DNA of 64,000 nucleotides from Limisphaerales bacterium (GTDB lineage Bacteria > Verrucomicrobiota > Verrucomicrobiia > Limisphaerales > AAA164-E04). The notes below the pieces were generated by a model, which was not told the origin of the DNA, did not search any database, and saw only the letters and a program-made list of their open reading frames with translations. Below, piece by piece: positions 60,325 to 64,000 of this stretch. Position numbers and translations under genes: made by a program. The stretch covers positions 3,629,788 to 3,693,787 of the forward strand of contig OZ242022.1 in assembly GCA_965204945.1 (NCBI GenBank), read 5' to 3'. Every line of letters starts with the position of its first letter. Position 1 is the stretch's first letter.

Positions 60325-61677
60325 TTATGCAGTGGAACGGCCGGTATCGGAAGCGCCGGCTTCGGGCTTGGCGGAGCGTTCGGGCGGAATGGGAACGGCT
60401 AGAATTTTGTCGATGCGATGCTTGTCCATGTCGACTACTTCGAAGCGATAGTTTTCGTGTTGGAAGCTGTCGCCTTCGGAAGGGATTTTGCCGAACAAGG
60501 AGAGGACGAAACCGCCGACGCTGTGGTAGTCGTCGACGTCTTCGTTGGGGAGGTTTTTGAGTTGGAGCAGGTTTTTGAAGTCGTCTGCTTCCATCATGGC
60601 GTCGACGAGATAGCTTCCGTCTTCTCGTTTGGCGAAGGGTTCTCGGAGTTTTTCTTCTTCCGAAGGGATGTCGCCGACGATGGCTTCGAGGACGTCGATG
60701 AGGGTTACTAAGCCGGCAACGCCGCCGAATTCATCGGTGACCAGAGCAATGTGTTTGCCGGATTGTTTGAAGGATTCCAAGAGTTTTACGGCGATCATGG
60801 TTTCCGGGACGATGAGGGGGGGAACGGCCAGGTTTTTGAGGCTGGTTGGGACGCCGGCCGACATGTTGGCCCACATTGCCTTGACGGAGATCATTCCGAC
60901 GACGTTGTCGCGGTTACCCGTATAAAGGGGAAAGTGGGAGTGGTTGCTGGTCACAATTTTGCGCCAATTGACGTTGTCGCTGTCGCCAGCGTTGAGCCAG
61001 ACGATTTTAGGGCGGGGCGTCATGAGATCGCCGACGCGCTCTTCATCCAGCCGCATAACGCCTTCGACCATGCCAATTTCGGCTTGATGAAAGACACCGG
61101 CGTGCGACCCCTGCTCCACCATTACTTGCACTTCTTCGCGGGTGATGGCCGGCTCTTCGGATCGTTTGACGCCGATCAAGTCCAAAAGCGAGTCGGTCGT
61201 TCGGCCAATCGCCCAAACAAAGGGCGCGGCCAGTTTGCCAAGCTTGCTGATGGGGCCGGCGATGAGCATAGAGGTTTTTTCCGGCGCATGAAGGGCGAGG
61301 CGTTTGGGAACGATTTCGCCCAGCACAAGCGACGCAAAGGTAATGAAGGCGACGACCAAACCAAAGGCGATTTCTTCGTGAAAGCCTTGCAGCCAAGGTG
61401 TTTCTAGGCTTTTGGCGAGTTTGTCCGCAATTTTTGCGCCTCCAAAAGCGCCCGCCAGAATTCCAATCAACGTGATGCCAAATTGAACGGTGGAAAGAAA
61501 GTGATTGGGCGTTTCCACCAAGTCCAGCACTTTTCTGGCCTTTTTGTCGCCGCTCCGGGCGAGGTGTTTCAGCTTGGGCTTGCGGGAAGAGACGACCGCC
61601 ATTTCCGCCATGGCAAATACGCCGTTGCCCAAGATGAGAACTAAGACGACGACGAGGTGAAAACTGATTTCTGACAT
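60325..61677 (-). CDS. Hemolysin/CorC-family (CNNM + CBS + CorC_HlyC) protein
   Basis: NGVFAMAEMA, QFGIT, GEIVPK, DEFGG..GLVT.IDVLEAIVG. Confidence 0.94.
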   Translation of the reverse strand: MSEISFHLVVVLVLILGNGVFAMAEMAVVSSRKPKLKHLARSGDKKARKVLDLVETPNHFLSTVQFGITLIGILAGAFGGAKIADKLAKSLETPWLQGFHEEIAFGLVVAFITFASLVLGEIVPKRLALHAPEKTSMLIAGPISKLGKLAAPFVWAIGRTTDSLLDLIGVKRSEEPAITREEVQVMVEQGSHAGVFHQAEIGMVEGVMRLDEERVGDLMTPRPKIVWLNAGDSDNVNWRKIVTSNHSHFPLYTGNRDNVVGMISVKAMWANMSAGVPTSLKNLAVPPLIVPETMIAVKLLESFKQSGKHIALVTDEFGGVAGLVTLIDVLEAIVGDIPSEEEKLREPFAKREDGSYLVDAMMEADDFKNLLQLKNLPNEDVDDYHSVGGFVLSLFGKIPSEGDSFQHENYRFEVVDMDKHRIDKILAVPIPPERSAKPEAGASDTGRSTA

Positions 61678-61690
61678 ATCGTTCCCTGAA

Positions 61691-62374
61691 TCAGCCGGGC
61701 GTTTTCGGGCTGAAATCTCTTGACTCGGAAAAGGCGTTCGGCGCGTCTATTTCCGCTGCGGCTTCCCTGACAGCGGCGACAAAGCGCCTCATTTTATCCG
61801 CGTTCTTTTTTCCCGGCTCCTCTTCAACTCCCGAAGAGACGTCAACAGCATAAGGGCGGACGGTTTTAATGCAATTGCCGACGTTGGCGGGGGCGAGACC
61901 TCCGGCGACAATAAAAGGGCGAGGAAGGGGGCTGGATTGCCGAATCCACTCCCAGTTGAAGGGAAGCCCCGCGCCGCCGCGTTGATTCGGTGAATAGCCG
62001 TCAAAAAGCCATGCGCCGGTGGAAAAAGCATAGGCGGCGGCCAAAGATTCCGCATTCCGCAAGCGAAAGGCCTTGATCGTTTTTCCGGGAAGAGACCGAC
62101 AGAACTCGGGAGTTTCCTCGCCGTGCAGTTGCACTGCGTCCAGTTCACAAGTTTCTCGAACAGCGGCGATTGTTTCGGCGCTTTCGTTGGCAAAGACGCC
62201 GACGGCGGTGATTAGAGGCGGCAACGCCCGGATAATGTCGCGGGCTCGTTCCGGAGAGATATGCCGTTTGCTCTTTGGATAGAACAGAAATCCCAAGGCG
62301 TCCGCCCCGGCCCGAACTGCGGCCAAGGCGTCGCCTTCCCGCGTGATGCCGCAGATTTTGATTCGAACCGTCAT
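61691..62374 (-). CDS. trpF: Phosphoribosylanthranilate isomerase
   Basis: IKICGIT, QLHGEE, GG.G..FNW, AGGL..NV, VDVSSGVE..PG.K. Confidence 0.96.
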   Translation of the reverse strand: MTVRIKICGITREGDALAAVRAGADALGFLFYPKSKRHISPERARDIIRALPPLITAVGVFANESAETIAAVRETCELDAVQLHGEETPEFCRSLPGKTIKAFRLRNAESLAAAYAFSTGAWLFDGYSPNQRGGAGLPFNWEWIRQSSPLPRPFIVAGGLAPANVGNCIKTVRPYAVDVSSGVEEEPGKKNADKMRRFVAAVREAAAEIDAPNAFSESRDFSPKTPG

Positions 62375-62444
62375 CGGCTGGATTGGACTGGAAACAGGAG
62401 GATGCTAACGATGATTTCAGAGAATGGCGAGCTGGGATGCATTA

Positions 62445-63716
62445 TTAGACGACCATGCCGGCGGCGACGGTGGCGTGCGTTTGTTCGTCGATCAGAATGA
62501 GACTGCCCGTGGATCGATTTTGCTTGTAAGAATCTAGAAAGAAGGGCGCCGAAGAGCGAATTGAAATGCGGGCGATGTCGTTCATGCCCACTTCGAAGTC
62601 GTTCTCGATTTTGTGCAACGTGTTTACGTCGACCTTGTATTTGACTTTCTCAACTATGCATTTGGCCTCTCTGGTTGTGGAGCGAAGAAGGTATTTCCGC
62701 CCGATCCGCAATTTTGCGTTTCCAGAAAACCAGCAGATCATGCTTTCGATGTTTTGGGTGACTTGCGGCGGGTTGTTCTGTTTGACGATCATATCGCCGC
62801 GACTGACGTCGATTTCGTCCTCCAAAGTCACCACTACGGACATCGGCGCGAAAGCTTCATCGATAGCGGTTTCCATAACGTGAATGCCGCGAATTTTGGA
62901 TTGAAACCCGGAGGGCAGAACGGTCACTTCGTCGCCGCTTTTGAAAACGCCGCTGGCAATCCGACCGGCGAAACCGCGAAAGTCGTGGTGTTCGCGGCTT
63001 TGCGGACGGATCACCCACTGCACGGGAAAGCGCGCGTCCACATGATTAAATTCGTTGCCCGCGTATACGTTCTCCAAAGTGTGAAGCAAGGCGCCGCCCC
63101 GATACCAAGGCATCGAGGCGGAGGGATCGACGACGTTGTCTCCGTGCAACGCGCTGATCGGGATAAAGTCGATGTGGGGAACGTTGAGCCGAGAGGAAAA
63201 CTCTTTGTAGTCTTTTACGATCTTTCGGAAAACTTCCTCCCGATAACCGACCAGGTCCATTTTGTTAACGGCGAGGATGATATGTTGAATTTGAAGCAAC
63301 GAGGCGATAAAGGAGTGCCGGCAGGTTTGCTCGACGACGCCTTTTCTGGCGTCCACCAAGATGACGGCAAGATTGGCGGTCGAAGCGCCGGTGACCATGT
63401 TTCGAGTGTATTGGACGTGTCCTGGCGTGTCGGCGATGATGAACTTTCTGCGCGGGGTGGCAAAGTAACGATAAGCCACGTCGATGGTGATGCCTTGTTC
63501 CCGCTCGGCGCGAAGGCTGTCGGTCAACAGGGCGAGGTTCACGATTTCATCGCCGCGTTGCATGCTGGATTCTTGGACGGCCTTCAGTTGGTCGTCAAAG
63601 ATGGATTTGCTATCGTAAAGCAGGCGGCCGATCAAGGTGCTTTTTCCGTCATCGACACTGCCAGCGGTGGTAAACCGCAACAAGTCCACATCCAAATATT
63701 CCTCGGCGTCGTTCAT
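62445..63716 (-). CDS. cysN: Sulfate adenylyltransferase subunit 1
   Basis: GSVDDGKSTLIGRLL, EREQGITIDVAYRYF, DTPGH.QYTRNM, NKMD. Confidence 0.96.
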   Translation of the reverse strand: MNDAEEYLDVDLLRFTTAGSVDDGKSTLIGRLLYDSKSIFDDQLKAVQESSMQRGDEIVNLALLTDSLRAEREQGITIDVAYRYFATPRRKFIIADTPGHVQYTRNMVTGASTANLAVILVDARKGVVEQTCRHSFIASLLQIQHIILAVNKMDLVGYREEVFRKIVKDYKEFSSRLNVPHIDFIPISALHGDNVVDPSASMPWYRGGALLHTLENVYAGNEFNHVDARFPVQWVIRPQSREHHDFRGFAGRIASGVFKSGDEVTVLPSGFQSKIRGIHVMETAIDEAFAPMSVVVTLEDEIDVSRGDMIVKQNNPPQVTQNIESMICWFSGNAKLRIGRKYLLRSTTREAKCIVEKVKYKVDVNTLHKIENDFEVGMNDIARISIRSSAPFFLDSYKQNRSTGSLILIDEQTHATVAAGMVV

Positions 63717-63736
63717 TGCGATGGAGTTTGCGGCGT

Positions 63737-64000
63737 CTAAAAATAGCCTTCTTTTTTGCGGTCTTCCATGGCGGTTTCCGATCTTTTGTCGTCCGCCCGC
63801 GCGCCGCGTTCGGCCAAGCGGGCGCAAGCGACTTCGGCAATGATCTCGTCAATGGATTTGGCGGCGGACTCAACGGCGCCGGTGCAGGTCATGTCTCCGA
63901 CGGTGCGAAAACGAACTTGCGCTTTGTGAACGGTTTCGCCGGCGCGAGTTTGGATGTGCGCAGAATGCGCCAAGAGAACGCCGTTGCGCCGCACTACTTC
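63737..64000 (-). CDS. cysD: Sulfate adenylyltransferase subunit 2 (3' end only)
   Basis: VRFRTVGD..CTGAVES...ER..RADD.....MEDRKKEGYF. Confidence 0.95.
   Translation of the reverse strand, partial: EVVRRNGVLLAHSAHIQTRAGETVHKAQVRFRTVGDMTCTGAVESAAKSIDEIIAEVACARLAERGARADDKRSETAMEDRKKEGYF

Noticed and set aside
1-64000. tRNA, rRNA, defence systems, prophage
   Set aside because: No cloverleaf or rRNA signatures and no recognisable nuclease, cas or phage structural genes were seen by eye.

Overview
A 64-kb bacterial chromosomal segment, most likely Verrucomicrobiota. This is inferred from prepilin/H-X9-DG, planctomycete-type cytochrome c, DUF1080 and LTD-CotH genes, a PEP-CTERM remnant and '...RF(F/L)RL' C-terminal domains. 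The housekeeping backbone comprises hemC, rplM-rpsI, rnpB, msrA, fmt, nnr, dtd, ppk1, cysK, degP-like, gltX, HU, gluQ, miaB, trpF and cysN/cysD. It is interleaved with accessory surface-protein loci (Calx-beta/LRR adhesins, an LTD-CotH kinase, glycan methyltransferases) and a decayed island at about 44.2-48.1 kb holding an internally replaced IS5-family element. The LRR/Calx-beta load and pseudogenes suggest a host-associated lifestyle (inference). Main unexplained signals: (1) a saw-tooth pattern of G+T-rich versus A+C-rich strand-asymmetry blocks that flips every few kb independently of gene direction; (2) a repeated cassette in which a small stand-alone 'RFLRL' domain gene precedes a large Calx-beta surface protein; (3) ribosomal protein S9 with an in-frame N-terminal extension of about 186 aa; (4) a methyltransferase frameshifted at a G15 tract; (5) an NCS2 permease fused to a degenerate anti-sigma-like ATPase fold. 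No CRISPR array, rRNA or tRNA was found. All calls are by eye; no database searches were run.
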